IMG/VR virus record: IMGVR_UViG_3300009684_000030
Reading direction: 5' to 3' (one strand)
Origin: an uncultured virus (IMG/VR IMGVR_UViG_3300009684_000030)
Taxonomy: Duplodnaviria; Heunggongvirae; Uroviricota; Caudoviricetes
Length of the DNA stretch: 64,000 nucleotides
Every line of letters begins with the position of its first letter. Positions within the stretch are counted from its first letter, which is position 1. Shown in pieces: positions 54,988 through 63,657 of this stretch. Position numbers and translations under genes: made by a program. Below the pieces are notes generated by a model that saw only the letters and a program-made list of their open reading frames with translations, did no database searches and was not told the origin of the DNA.

Positions 54988-56001
54988 TTATTTGCGGGTA
55001 TCATAGTCGAGATTTATAATTTTAAAGCTGCCGCCGTTATGCTTCATCACAACACCTTCAAAACGTTGACCATTAATATGATTCATCTCAATGGAATACT
55101 TATCAATAAGAGCAAAGGTAAGAGGAACCTGCCGTTCCACCATAGGAACTACTGGAATATCCAGAGCAGCACATACCTTTTCATAATAATGCTCGGATTG
55201 AGGATTTTCATACTTATGAGTATCCATATTAAATATTGAAAAGGCCGCAAAGTCAAGAGGTCCCTTTGAATGAGGATTTGTAGGAAATGCCTGAATGCCA
55301 GATCCGTAAATTTCACCACGAAGCGCAAGGCTCACATTATGCTTAACACAATATGCATGAAGTTTTTCGTTGATATTGTATTTTGCTCCAGCTCGGGTAT
55401 AGTTATTAACGGTCTCGGGTTTGATGCAAAGAGATCGAGAACATACTGCATCCTCCCATTCTCCAGTTTGAGAATTCTTTTTCGTATAGAAAGTTCCAGA
55501 TTGACCATCAATCTTTAGGGTTACATCCATAAGCTCGTTGTATGGAAGATCGGAGACAATATTCTGCCACCGCTCTTCATCGGTTTTACCAAGACCTACC
55601 GGAAGGGGACCTAATGCATCAAGGCATTGAGGAACCGGAGCCTCATATTTAGTAACTCCAATAAGATGTGAAATATCAGTCCCAACACTCTTATTCTTAA
55701 AAGCATCTATAAGTTTTGAAGTATCTTCAATTACCGTATAAGGATGCATTACAATTCCAAAGGACCAAGCCCCTCGAAGTTTCATAGCCTTGACTCGTGA
55801 GGACCTCTTTTTAAAACCTTCTGCCCATGGCTTATCGGGTAGAACCGTATCGGGTTGAATAAGGACTACAATATCATTTACTGCAAAATCACCTTTTCCT
55901 ACAATGCAGGTATATCCTCCTACATGCGCCATCTCTAGTAGGTCGGCATTAGGATGCGGAGTAATATCCGTCACAAATTCAAAGGATGAGAGCTTGGTCA
56001 T
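54988..56001 (-). CDS. RNA ligase (DRB0094/Rnl5-like)
   Basis: N-terminal HPNADLLE domain; KTDEER; TLKIDGQS (motif I), RGEIYG, EGVVMK, FKII. Confidence 0.88.
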   Translation of the reverse strand: MTKLSSFEFVTDITPHPNADLLEMAHVGGYTCIVGKGDFAVNDIVVLIQPDTVLPDKPWAEGFKKRSSRVKAMKLRGAWSFGIVMHPYTVIEDTSKLIDAFKNKSVGTDISHLIGVTKYEAPVPQCLDALGPLPVGLGKTDEERWQNIVSDLPYNELMDVTLKIDGQSGTFYTKKNSQTGEWEDAVCSRSLCIKPETVNNYTRAGAKYNINEKLHAYCVKHNVSLALRGEIYGSGIQAFPTNPHSKGPLDFAAFSIFNMDTHKYENPQSEHYYEKVCAALDIPVVPMVERQVPLTFALIDKYSIEMNHINGQRFEGVVMKHNGGSFKIINLDYDTRK

Positions 56002-56354
56002 TTCTTTAGAGCTTTGAGTTCCTTCTTGAGGATTTTAAGATTTTTTGTATAGACCCCGACGAAGTAAGCATTATTAGTGCCTCCTTTAGTAGGGTCATTT
56101 TGATATTCTGATAAACCTTTTTCAGTAAGAGCAATGTCCATCTCCTTTTCAACAATTGGAGTAAATGGGTTTCCGCTTCCTTTATTATTAATACGAGCAA
56201 TTGGAGTTTCAATGACAATAGGTGTCACCTTATTCTTTTTAGCCTCAGCCCGTTCCTTTTTGAGAAGATCCTTGGCCACCTTATCGGCGGCCTTAGCCTT
56301 CTCACTCAACTTAACTTTGACGGCTGAAACCTTTTTTACTTTCTTTGCGGACAT
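55998..56354 (-). CDS. Lysine-rich hypothetical protein
   Basis: Highly basic N- and C-termini. Confidence 0.6.
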   Translation of the reverse strand: MSAKKVKKVSAVKVKLSEKAKAADKVAKDLLKKERAEAKKNKVTPIVIETPIARINNKGSGNPFTPIVEKEMDIALTEKGLSEYQNDPTKGGTNNAYFVGVYTKNLKILKKELKALKK

Positions 56355-56458
56355 ATAGTCTATTGTGTTTCTGCGTAGTATGCATCCATGAGGTCGTAAA
56401 TTTCGCCCTCGGTCATATTATCATACTCAAACATTGTATAACCTACTGAATTCATAAA

Positions 56459-56848
56459 TCAAGCTTCAGCGATTTCTTCGGCGGAGGCAATATAGGTGAA
56501 GGCCGATGTATCAGCTGCAGGAGCCGCATCGGAAATCTTCGGAGTAGAGGCCTTAACAGCCTTTTTGGCAGCTTTCGGGACCTTCACAGCAGAAACTCCC
56601 TTAGGAGCCTTTGGGACCTTTACCGCCTTAGGAGCCTTTGCGGTAGGAATTTCAACTCCGTCAGCAACCTTAGCAGGATATTTACCTGGAGTCACAGCCC
56701 GACCTTTACCCAGGAAGAGGTGGCGAACCTGAACGCAGGTGAGGCCAAATTTATTTCCTGTTTGATGGAGGACGATAGGGGCAAATCCTTCAGCCGCATT
56801 GGGCAAGGAGTTCATATGGGCAATTAGCGTGTCAATTTTGTTTTGCAT
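56459..56848 (-). CDS. Early protein with histone H1-like Lys/Ala/Pro tail
   Basis: AKAPKAVKVPKAPKGVSAVKVPKAAKKAVKA; first gene behind a promoter. Confidence 0.65.
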   Translation of the reverse strand: MQNKIDTLIAHMNSLPNAAEGFAPIVLHQTGNKFGLTCVQVRHLFLGKGRAVTPGKYPAKVADGVEIPTAKAPKAVKVPKAPKGVSAVKVPKAAKKAVKASTPKISDAAPAADTSAFTYIASAEEIAEA

Positions 56849-56874
56849 AATGTATTGTGTTTCGTTACGGCTTT

Positions 56875-56903
56875 ATTGTACCATAAATTTGCCGATTTGT
56901 ACA
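56875..56903 (-). promoter_or_regulatory. Early promoter, cassette class (copy 4)
   Basis: TGTACA-17-TACAAT with TGG extension, AAAGCCGTAA downstream. Confidence 0.8.
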
Positions 56904-57218
56904 TAACTAAATCGTCAAAAGACGAAAATATTTCGCTTTACTAATTACCAATACTTTAGGACTATTCTTAAAAATCCTCTGTTGGCAGATGTTGTAATGA
57001 TGCATCAAATGATGGCAATTTTTGCTATGTAAGTTGTTGGTTTCCATGGATAAGAATCATAGTTTTAGCCTAAAAGCTGTCAAATATTGAATTTCAGGGT
57101 CCTACTGGGGAATCCTCCACAGGAATGAGGATGTGGCCTAAATTTCGCCATTCATCTTAAAGCCTAGGTGGGGGAAATCAAATGCATCAAAATATCTGTC
57201 AGAAAGCTCATTTTATTA

Positions 57219-57247
57219 TTTACAGATGGCTATAAGGATGATATAAT
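57219..57247 (+). promoter_or_regulatory. Sigma70-like promoter, likely leaderless transcript
   Basis: TTTACA-17-TATAAT-6 nt-ATG(57254). Confidence 0.7.
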
Positions 57248-57253
57248 ACCTTA

Positions 57254-58966
57254 ATGAAGCTACGATATGCCCAAAAAGAGGTTTTAAAACAAATTACAGA
57301 GGCTATTGATAGCGGCAAAAGAGACATATTTATTCAGGCACCTACCGGGGTAGGAAAATCTTTAATTGCCCTTGAGCTTTCTAAAATGTTAGCCTTAATA
57401 GGAAAAGATTCATATATCCTTACATCTGAAAAATCGCTTCAACAACAATATGAGGATGATTGTAAGGTAAAATTTGCTCCACGACATGAGGATGTAATTT
57501 CGATTTCAGGCATTGACACCTATAAATGCAATATCAATAATGAGAAATTCTCCTTGGGAGTTTGCCGAAACCTAGGTCTATCAAATAAGGCAGCTCTTGA
57601 ATTAACATGCTCAAGTAATTGCGAATATCTCCAAAGGTGGTATTCAGCAAAAATGTCAAAACGGGTTATTATGAATTATAACCTATATCTCCTTCAGATG
57701 AATTATGTTTATCCTCGCATGGGAAAAAATGCTCCATTTCAAAGGAGAAATATTGTCATATGCGATGAGGCCCATAAATTGCCTGACATTATTGAAAGCC
57801 ATTTTGCATGTCGGCTAAATCCAAATACAGCAAATCGAATTCTCGATGTCATTAAAGGATTAACCTCATTAGGACATAACTATAATCTTAATATTTCAGA
57901 ACTTAGGACTAGCATTTCCTATGCCATATCAAAACCCGAGGGGGTATCTGCCTCAATTCACCATGCAGCCTTAAAAAGAGTTTATGATGCATATTCCACA
58001 ATGATCTCAAGCCTTAATTGCATTAAGGCTGAATTGACGGTGAAATATATGCCGGGAAGCCATTCACCCGAGGATTTAAAAGAATTCTCAAAAAATCTTC
58101 CCAAGGAAATTAAGGCTCTCTTATCCTTAACCGATGCTATTAAAGACCAACATTGTAAAGTTGAGGATGCATATAATATGATTGAATTACATGGGCTACA
58201 GAACCTTGTAGCATGCGATCAGGAAAAAGGTGAAAGGTCATATCATAATCTTTCTGATTATCATCTTTTCCATAAACATTTTAGAAATTTCTCAGATGTA
58301 CGAATTTATATGAGTGCAACATTACAATCAAATCTTCTAATAAACAGATGGAAACTTGATCCTAAAATATGTCATATTATTGATGTTGCGTCTGATTGGG
58401 ATCCTAATAAATCTCCCGTTGTATGTTGTAATACAACTAATATGTCCCATGGAGGAGGAGCATCTTCCGTAAATGCAGCCATAATGAAAATTGATTCGCT
58501 TCTCAATTCTCACTCATCTGAAAGAGGAGTAATTCATACAACAACTAATATAATCGCCGAGGAATTACTTGCAAATTCAATTCATGCAAATAGGCTATAT
58601 TCCTATTCAGGAACAGTAGAGAAAATTGAGCTCTTAAAGAGACTTCCTAACCTACCTAAAAATGCCGTTATTATAGGTCCTTCATTATTCACAGGAGTGG
58701 ATTTATATGATGACCTTGCACGTTTTAATATTATTGTCAAATTAGGCTATCCTAATGTAGGCTCTAGAGTATGGAAAAGAAGATTCGATTTTCAACCTGA
58801 TGTCTATTTTGGAGAAGCCGCATCTGTATTAGAGCAATCAGCAGGCAGAACTACTCGACATAAGGATGACTATTCAACAACCTATATCCTTGACGATCGG
58901 GCTAAAAACTTTATTTCTAAAAATAAAAGGTATTTCTCCGAATCATTTTTAGGGCGCGTCCTATAA
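57254..58966 (+). CDS. DinG/XPD-family SF2 helicase
   Basis: Q motif, APTGVGKS, four Cys (putative Fe-S), CDEAH, MSAT, GVDL, QSAGRTTR. Confidence 0.88.
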   Translation: MKLRYAQKEVLKQITEAIDSGKRDIFIQAPTGVGKSLIALELSKMLALIGKDSYILTSEKSLQQQYEDDCKVKFAPRHEDVISISGIDTYKCNINNEKFSLGVCRNLGLSNKAALELTCSSNCEYLQRWYSAKMSKRVIMNYNLYLLQMNYVYPRMGKNAPFQRRNIVICDEAHKLPDIIESHFACRLNPNTANRILDVIKGLTSLGHNYNLNISELRTSISYAISKPEGVSASIHHAALKRVYDAYSTMISSLNCIKAELTVKYMPGSHSPEDLKEFSKNLPKEIKALLSLTDAIKDQHCKVEDAYNMIELHGLQNLVACDQEKGERSYHNLSDYHLFHKHFRNFSDVRIYMSATLQSNLLINRWKLDPKICHIIDVASDWDPNKSPVVCCNTTNMSHGGGASSVNAAIMKIDSLLNSHSSERGVIHTTTNIIAEELLANSIHANRLYSYSGTVEKIELLKRLPNLPKNAVIIGPSLFTGVDLYDDLARFNIIVKLGYPNVGSRVWKRRFDFQPDVYFGEAASVLEQSAGRTTRHKDDYSTTYILDDRAKNFISKNKRYFSESFLGRVL

Positions 58967-58970
58967 AAAT

Positions 58971-59032
58971 ATCTAATTTCTCTTTCACAGGGGCTAGATT
59001 ATTTTCATTCACCTTCGGTTGCCCTTCGGGCA
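58971..59032 (-). repeat. Diverged third copy of the twin-hairpin element
   Basis: atctaatttc..agggg..ttcattca-ccttcggt-tgcccttcgggca aligns with 34690-34756. Confidence 0.65.
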
Positions 59033-59278
59033 GCAGCAATGGTTTTAATCAAGTTGGATTAAGCAATCCCTTATCATATACCTTAAGGTTATTGATAAAC
59101 AATTAAGATTGAATTGAAAGATTCTAATATTATTTATACGGTCATATGCGAATTCTCAAAACTATTTTCAATAATTGAAAAATAATTAACGGTTTTGTTG
59201 GATCTCTCTATATAACCATGTTTAAACTAGAACTCTCTATAAATACTTTCGTAGTTTACAAACAAATAATAATACTAA

Positions 59279-60031
59279 ATGTCTATTAAAACAAGCACCA
59301 AACGGCCGCCTCGTAAGAAAAAAGATACAGGGGATATTACTAAAGAATTTGCAGAAGTATATAAAAAGAACTTTGATTGTTCAAATATAAAACTCAATAA
59401 GATGTTTCCGTTGACAGATAATCATACGGCATTTTATTATCTATCTCAGAATGAAAAAACTAATATGATCTTTCTGAGTGGTCCTGCGGGAAGTATGAAA
59501 TCCTATCTTGCTGTTTATACGGGTTTAGAACTATTAAAGGAACGTAAGATTGATAAAATTATCTATATACGAACAGTTGTAGAAAGTTCCTCTCGCTCAA
59601 TGGGATTCCTTAAGGGAGATGAAAATGAGAAGTTTGCTGTCTATATGGCACCATTTCTTCAAAAGGCAAATGAGATTCTTGATCCTCAAACAGTTCAAGC
59701 TCTTGTAGATCAAGAATATGTTAAAGCTATGCCTGTGAACTTTGCCCGTGGACTCACCTTTAATAATGCTCTGGTAATTTTTGATGAAGCACAGAACGCA
59801 ACACGTTCAGAACTTACAACTATCCTTACACGATTTGGGCGCAACTCAAAGTTCATTCTTCTTGGAGATACAAAACAAGCAGATATTAAAGATTCTGGAT
59901 TTGCTCCAGTATTTAATCTATTTGATACAGAATTCTCAAGAAAGAATAATATTCACTGTGTAAACTTTGATATTCATGATATTATGAGATCCCCAATTTT
60001 AAGACATATCACACAAGTTCTTGGAGTTTAA
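59279..60031 (+). CDS. phoH: PhoH-family ATPase
   Basis: GPAGSMKS, MGFLKGD..EK, RGLTF, DEAQN, LTRFG, GD..Q.D, DIMRS. Confidence 0.92.
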   Translation: MSIKTSTKRPPRKKKDTGDITKEFAEVYKKNFDCSNIKLNKMFPLTDNHTAFYYLSQNEKTNMIFLSGPAGSMKSYLAVYTGLELLKERKIDKIIYIRTVVESSSRSMGFLKGDENEKFAVYMAPFLQKANEILDPQTVQALVDQEYVKAMPVNFARGLTFNNALVIFDEAQNATRSELTTILTRFGRNSKFILLGDTKQADIKDSGFAPVFNLFDTEFSRKNNIHCVNFDIHDIMRSPILRHITQVLGV

Positions 60032-60047
60032 TATAAATACTATTACC

Positions 60048-60401
60048 ATGAAACTGTCCCTCCTATTTACAGCACTAAACCAATTAAAAACGGATCACTT
60101 CCAAACAAAAAGCCATGCCGAGCATACAGCTCTTGGTACAGCATATGATGATCTTGGTGATCTATTTGATACTTTTGTTGAACTATATTATGGATGGGAA
60201 TCAATTCCATCCGAACAAGTTGTATACTCATCTAGTGCCGAATCGTATCGTGGAAATTTAATTTTCCGTTATACCAATCTTCGTAACATTATCAATGAAC
60301 ATCTTACAGAAGTAACAGCAAACCGCGAAGATCTAAAGAATACTCAAGCTGATATTCTTGGAGTATTTTCTCATCTGCTATATCGTTTACAGCAATCCTA
60401 A
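60048..60401 (+). CDS. Ferritin/Dps-like four-helix protein (DUF5856-type)
   Basis: HFQTKSHAEHTALGTAYDDL.DL.DTFVE; ATG 60048 follows late promoter 60032. Confidence 0.7.
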   Translation: MKLSLLFTALNQLKTDHFQTKSHAEHTALGTAYDDLGDLFDTFVELYYGWESIPSEQVVYSSSAESYRGNLIFRYTNLRNIINEHLTEVTANREDLKNTQADILGVFSHLLYRLQQS

Positions 60402-60411
60402 TTCAAACACA

Positions 60412-60450
60412 AAAAATCCCGCCAAGTAAATTAATGCTTGGCGGGATTTT
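60412..60450. terminator. Bidirectional intrinsic terminator between convergent genes
   Basis: AAAATCCCGCCAAG..CTTGGCGGGATTTT. Confidence 0.85.
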
Positions 60451-60457
60451 AGTTTAG

Positions 60458-60697
60458 TTATCTATTGCCTATTATGACAGCTCTTTGATATGAGTAGTCA
60501 GAGTGCCATTTTTGTCCGGCGCCGACTACTATACCTTCTTGAAACTGATATGATTGTCCAGAGATCAAGGTCACTGTAACAGGATCATAGAGATTTGAGC
60601 GATTCAAGTTTTCTTTGTTTGCGGAGGCTAAGTTGTTCCATCCGCAGCTCTGAAGCAGCGGAACCAATAGCAGCACAAGCAGATATTTCGTCTTCAA
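60458..60697 (-). CDS. Putative lipoprotein (o-spanin-like)
   Basis: TTG start: MKTKYLLVLLLVPLLQSC lipobox-like; overlaps the upstream ORF in another frame. Confidence 0.5.
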   Translation of the reverse strand: MKTKYLLVLLLVPLLQSCGWNNLASANKENLNRSNLYDPVTVTLISGQSYQFQEGIVVGAGQKWHSDYSYQRAVIIGNR

Positions 60698-60806
60698 GAT
60701 TATCAATTTCTTTTGATTTTTCCCATTTAACCCAGGCAACATATGCATTACATGCAGGAGCAATTGCATTCAATGCAGATGCAAGAGCAAGCAATAAAGC
60801 ATTCAT
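60585..60806 (-). CDS. Putative i-spanin-like protein
   Basis: Hydrophobic N-terminus then charged helical segment; overlapped by the lipoprotein ORF. Confidence 0.45.
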   Translation of the reverse strand: MNALLLALASALNAIAPACNAYVAWVKWEKSKEIDNLEDEISACAAIGSAASELRMEQLSLRKQRKLESLKSL

Positions 60807-60815
60807 ATTGGATTA

Positions 60816-61022
60816 TTACTTTACAACCGGAGGAGTAACACCAGTGTCCTTAGCCTTAAGAATGTTCAAGGCGAGGAAATCAATGCAGGAGTATACCTTA
60901 GCCCAAACGGATCCAGGTGTAGGAGTCGGAGTTACAGCAGCAATGGCAGATGCCAATGTAACTACTGCAGTAATGATTGTGAACCATGAGGTCCCTTGTA
61001 GCGATGCGATAATGTCAGTCAT
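60816..61022 (-). CDS. Putative holin-like membrane protein
   Basis: 68 aa, WFTIITAVVTLASAIAAVTPTP..IDFLALNILKAK; late promoter 61068-61075. Confidence 0.5.
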   Translation of the reverse strand: MTDIIASLQGTSWFTIITAVVTLASAIAAVTPTPTPGSVWAKVYSCIDFLALNILKAKDTGVTPPVVK

Positions 61023-61077
61023 ATATTTTGTTTTTGTTTATACTAATCTGAATGATTAGCACTTATGTATTTATATA

Positions 61078-61266
61078 TTAGTCTTGAATACATGAACAAG
61101 AGTAAACCCAGTGATCGTCTTTCCATTCTGCTTGCTTACCACATTTACAGCAGGATTTTTTTGGAGTTGGCTTTACTTCTTGTTGGGCATTATCGCCGAC
61201 GATCTCCCGAAGTTGTCCTATGTGACGAGTTGGTTTATATTCAGTATATTCTTGTTTAGTGTTCAT
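61078..61266 (-). CDS. Small Cys-rich hypothetical protein
   Basis: CCKC...CSC; late-like AATAAATA upstream. Confidence 0.5.
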   Translation of the reverse strand: MNTKQEYTEYKPTRHIGQLREIVGDNAQQEVKPTPKKSCCKCGKQAEWKDDHWVYSCSCIQD

Positions 61267-61307
61267 ATATAGTATTTATTGTTTCTTTAGAGTTTATGGA
61301 TGATTAT

Positions 61308-61952
61308 TTAGTATCCCCATGCTTCCAAGGAATATTTAAACGGATTTCCTTCGATATTTCTTACAGCTTCTAGCATCTCACCAACTAATTCACGGGTTTC
61401 TTGCTGTGCATCCGGTTTCAATCTTAGAGCAAATAAATGCATCATGGCATGAAAACTTCCCGTCCAGATAAACTTAGTTTCCAAACATAGCGGTAGATGA
61501 ATTCGGCACATTTCTTTAGCCACACCATAATCAGCCATTTCTTTATATAACTCTTTTGACTGTTCAATAATATTATTAATACGGTCAATGAAGTATTTAT
61601 TTTTATCTTCTGATAGATTACCCGCAGATCCTTGTTTACTGTCCTTAGATTGGAATCTAAGAACTTCTGGTTTCCAATATGTATCAGAAAAATCTACATA
61701 TCTCCCGCTGATGCTGTTCCTAGCCCAACCTATCTGATGTGTGAATAATTGTCGCTCTACAAAAATAGGACACGAAATTCTGAATTGTAATTGTGCATGT
61801 CTAAATGGGCTAGTATGCTTATGTTCAGCAAGATATTTCAATAGTTTTCCATCACTCTCACTTACTTCAGCAGATTCCTTATCAAAAGAAACTCTGGCAA
61901 TATTAGCGATCATAAGATCATCTCCAAAATGTTTAAGCAATTCTATATTCAT
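61308..61952 (-). CDS. thyX: FAD-dependent thymidylate synthase
   Basis: ARVSF, HTSPFRH, PIFVERQLFTH...NSISGRY, LRLKPDAQQETRE. Confidence 0.92.
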   Translation of the reverse strand: MNIELLKHFGDDLMIANIARVSFDKESAEVSESDGKLLKYLAEHKHTSPFRHAQLQFRISCPIFVERQLFTHQIGWARNSISGRYVDFSDTYWKPEVLRFQSKDSKQGSAGNLSEDKNKYFIDRINNIIEQSKELYKEMADYGVAKEMCRIHLPLCLETKFIWTGSFHAMMHLFALRLKPDAQQETRELVGEMLEAVRNIEGNPFKYSLEAWGY

Positions 61953-61957
61953 ATTTG

Positions 61958-62266
61958 TTAAAATTTATTAAAGGTTGAATTCATTTTAAAATCCCGCCAT
62001 TCTTCTTCAGTTGCATAATCTTCAAGTTCTGGATTCTGAATCTCTATTAGATGTTCTACTAGGTTTGCAAGTTGTTGATCATCTAAAATAACTTCATCTT
62101 TATATGGGGTTCCCTTAAGACACGCCCAGGCCAACTTAATGCGATTAGGCCAACAACGATCGCTTGGATCACGACTAAATAATGCAATCTCTGTTCCAAA
62201 GTCGGTATTATGTTCTACCCATAATCCTTCCATTCCACAATCACATGGGAAAAATTTACCGTTCAT
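61958..62266 (-). CDS. Hypothetical protein
   Basis: Likely start MNGKFFPCDCG; RIKLAWACL. Confidence 0.6.
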   Translation of the reverse strand: MNGKFFPCDCGMEGLWVEHNTDFGTEIALFSRDPSDRCWPNRIKLAWACLKGTPYKDEVILDDQQLANLVEHLIEIQNPELEDYATEEEWRDFKMNSTFNKF

Positions 62267-62426
62267 ATTATTTAATTTCAATAGGTACTACTGTTTCTAC
62301 TAAACGCTTCCATGAGCGCCTTCTCTTTCGACAACCCTTATAGTATAGTTGCTGTTCATTGGATTCTCTTTGTAGTATCAATGATTGTTTTAGAATTGTC
62401 ATGGATATTCTATATAGGCTCTAGCC

Positions 62427-62819
62427 TTATTTCAGAAGTAATTCAATAATCTTTTCAGCATTCCCGGCAAAACTAGGGAATTCTAAAGAGGAAAATTCGG
62501 CTCCATGTTTCTTGACAAACTTCTTCCAATCCTTGAGAGCTTCAGGAGTAATAGGTCGTGATGATGGTCGAGCCTCACTTGCTTCTCGAATTATATTAAG
62601 TAATTGATCCTCTTTATCACGAGCAGCAGCGGTAAGTTCAGCCTTTGCAGGATATACTTGTTGACGAATAGATGTTGAGTATTCATCGACCTTTACCAAC
62701 CACCATCCTTCCCTTAATCCGTCATAAGCACAGTTATCACTAGCTCGCACATATTTTCTTCCAACCTTTTTATATAAGGTCTGAGATTCTTTTAATTCTA
62801 TTCTTTCTTTTGCAGTCAT
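62427..62819 (-). CDS. Hypothetical protein
   Basis: TLYKKVGRKYV; 130 aa. Confidence 0.65.
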   Translation of the reverse strand: MTAKERIELKESQTLYKKVGRKYVRASDNCAYDGLREGWWLVKVDEYSTSIRQQVYPAKAELTAAARDKEDQLLNIIREASEARPSSRPITPEALKDWKKFVKKHGAEFSSLEFPSFAGNAEKIIELLLK

Positions 62820-63517
62820 ATATTTAATAATCTATGTTCCTTAATTTGTTCAATTGAAAGGATTGTAGAATAACAATCCTTAAACTCAACCCAATGATAC
62901 TCATGAAAATGGCCCGCATAATGCATCTTCGCTTTAGATTTAACAATAAGTTTGTCATGGTTCTTACGTTCTTCAAAACATTCATCCCAGAGTGTTTTAT
63001 CTTTTTCACACCAACCAGATAGACCTGCTTTATCAAATGGTCCATTCCATGTCGGGGCGGAATGTGTAATCAGAACATCACAATCAACTATCTTTGATTC
63101 ATCATAATTAAATTTTTCACCAATCCAATATGACCTACCAACTTCGCGATAATACCTATCAATAGAAATAGCGCCCCCCACAAAAAGAAAGCGTTCTCCA
63201 TTAATTACTTCATGATAATAATCTGGAAGCAACCTAAAATGACTTAGGTTAATTTGTTTTGCTCCATTGAAATACTCAGGATCATCATGATTCCCTCGAA
63301 TAGACATAAATGAAATATCGCGTTCTGCAAAAAGAGTATTGAGTTTCTTCACAGCATGCATTTCTCCCTTGGCCGGATGTTGAAATCCGATACCAAGATC
63401 CCCAACACAAATTAGATAACATGAACGAAGATCAAGCTGTTCAACTTGTTCTTTAAGACGCCCAAATGCGGCGTGAATATCCCCAATGATGAGGATCGGT
63501 TTGCAATAGTTTGACAT
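62816..63517 (-). CDS. Calcineurin-like metallophosphoesterase
   Basis: GDIH, GDLG, RGNHD, THSAP, GHFH. Confidence 0.9.
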   Translation of the reverse strand: MSNYCKPILIIGDIHAAFGRLKEQVEQLDLRSCYLICVGDLGIGFQHPAKGEMHAVKKLNTLFAERDISFMSIRGNHDDPEYFNGAKQINLSHFRLLPDYYHEVINGERFLFVGGAISIDRYYREVGRSYWIGEKFNYDESKIVDCDVLITHSAPTWNGPFDKAGLSGWCEKDKTLWDECFEERKNHDKLIVKSKAKMHYAGHFHEYHWVEFKDCYSTILSIEQIKEHRLLNI

Positions 63518-63657
63518 AGGATAATTATTTATTTACAACATGAATACGTTCTTGTTTTACTTGAAACGATACAACTTTATCATCTGGGCAAAGAAAGAAT
63601 ACCATAACCGCAACAGCGACTATGATGACACAGAATATATTACAAAGTATATAGGTT

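Noticed and set aside
46108..57070. Repeated intergenic motifs as a CRISPR array
   Set aside because: Copies are kilobases apart, degenerate and tied to promoters; no repeat-spacer periodicity and no cas genes.
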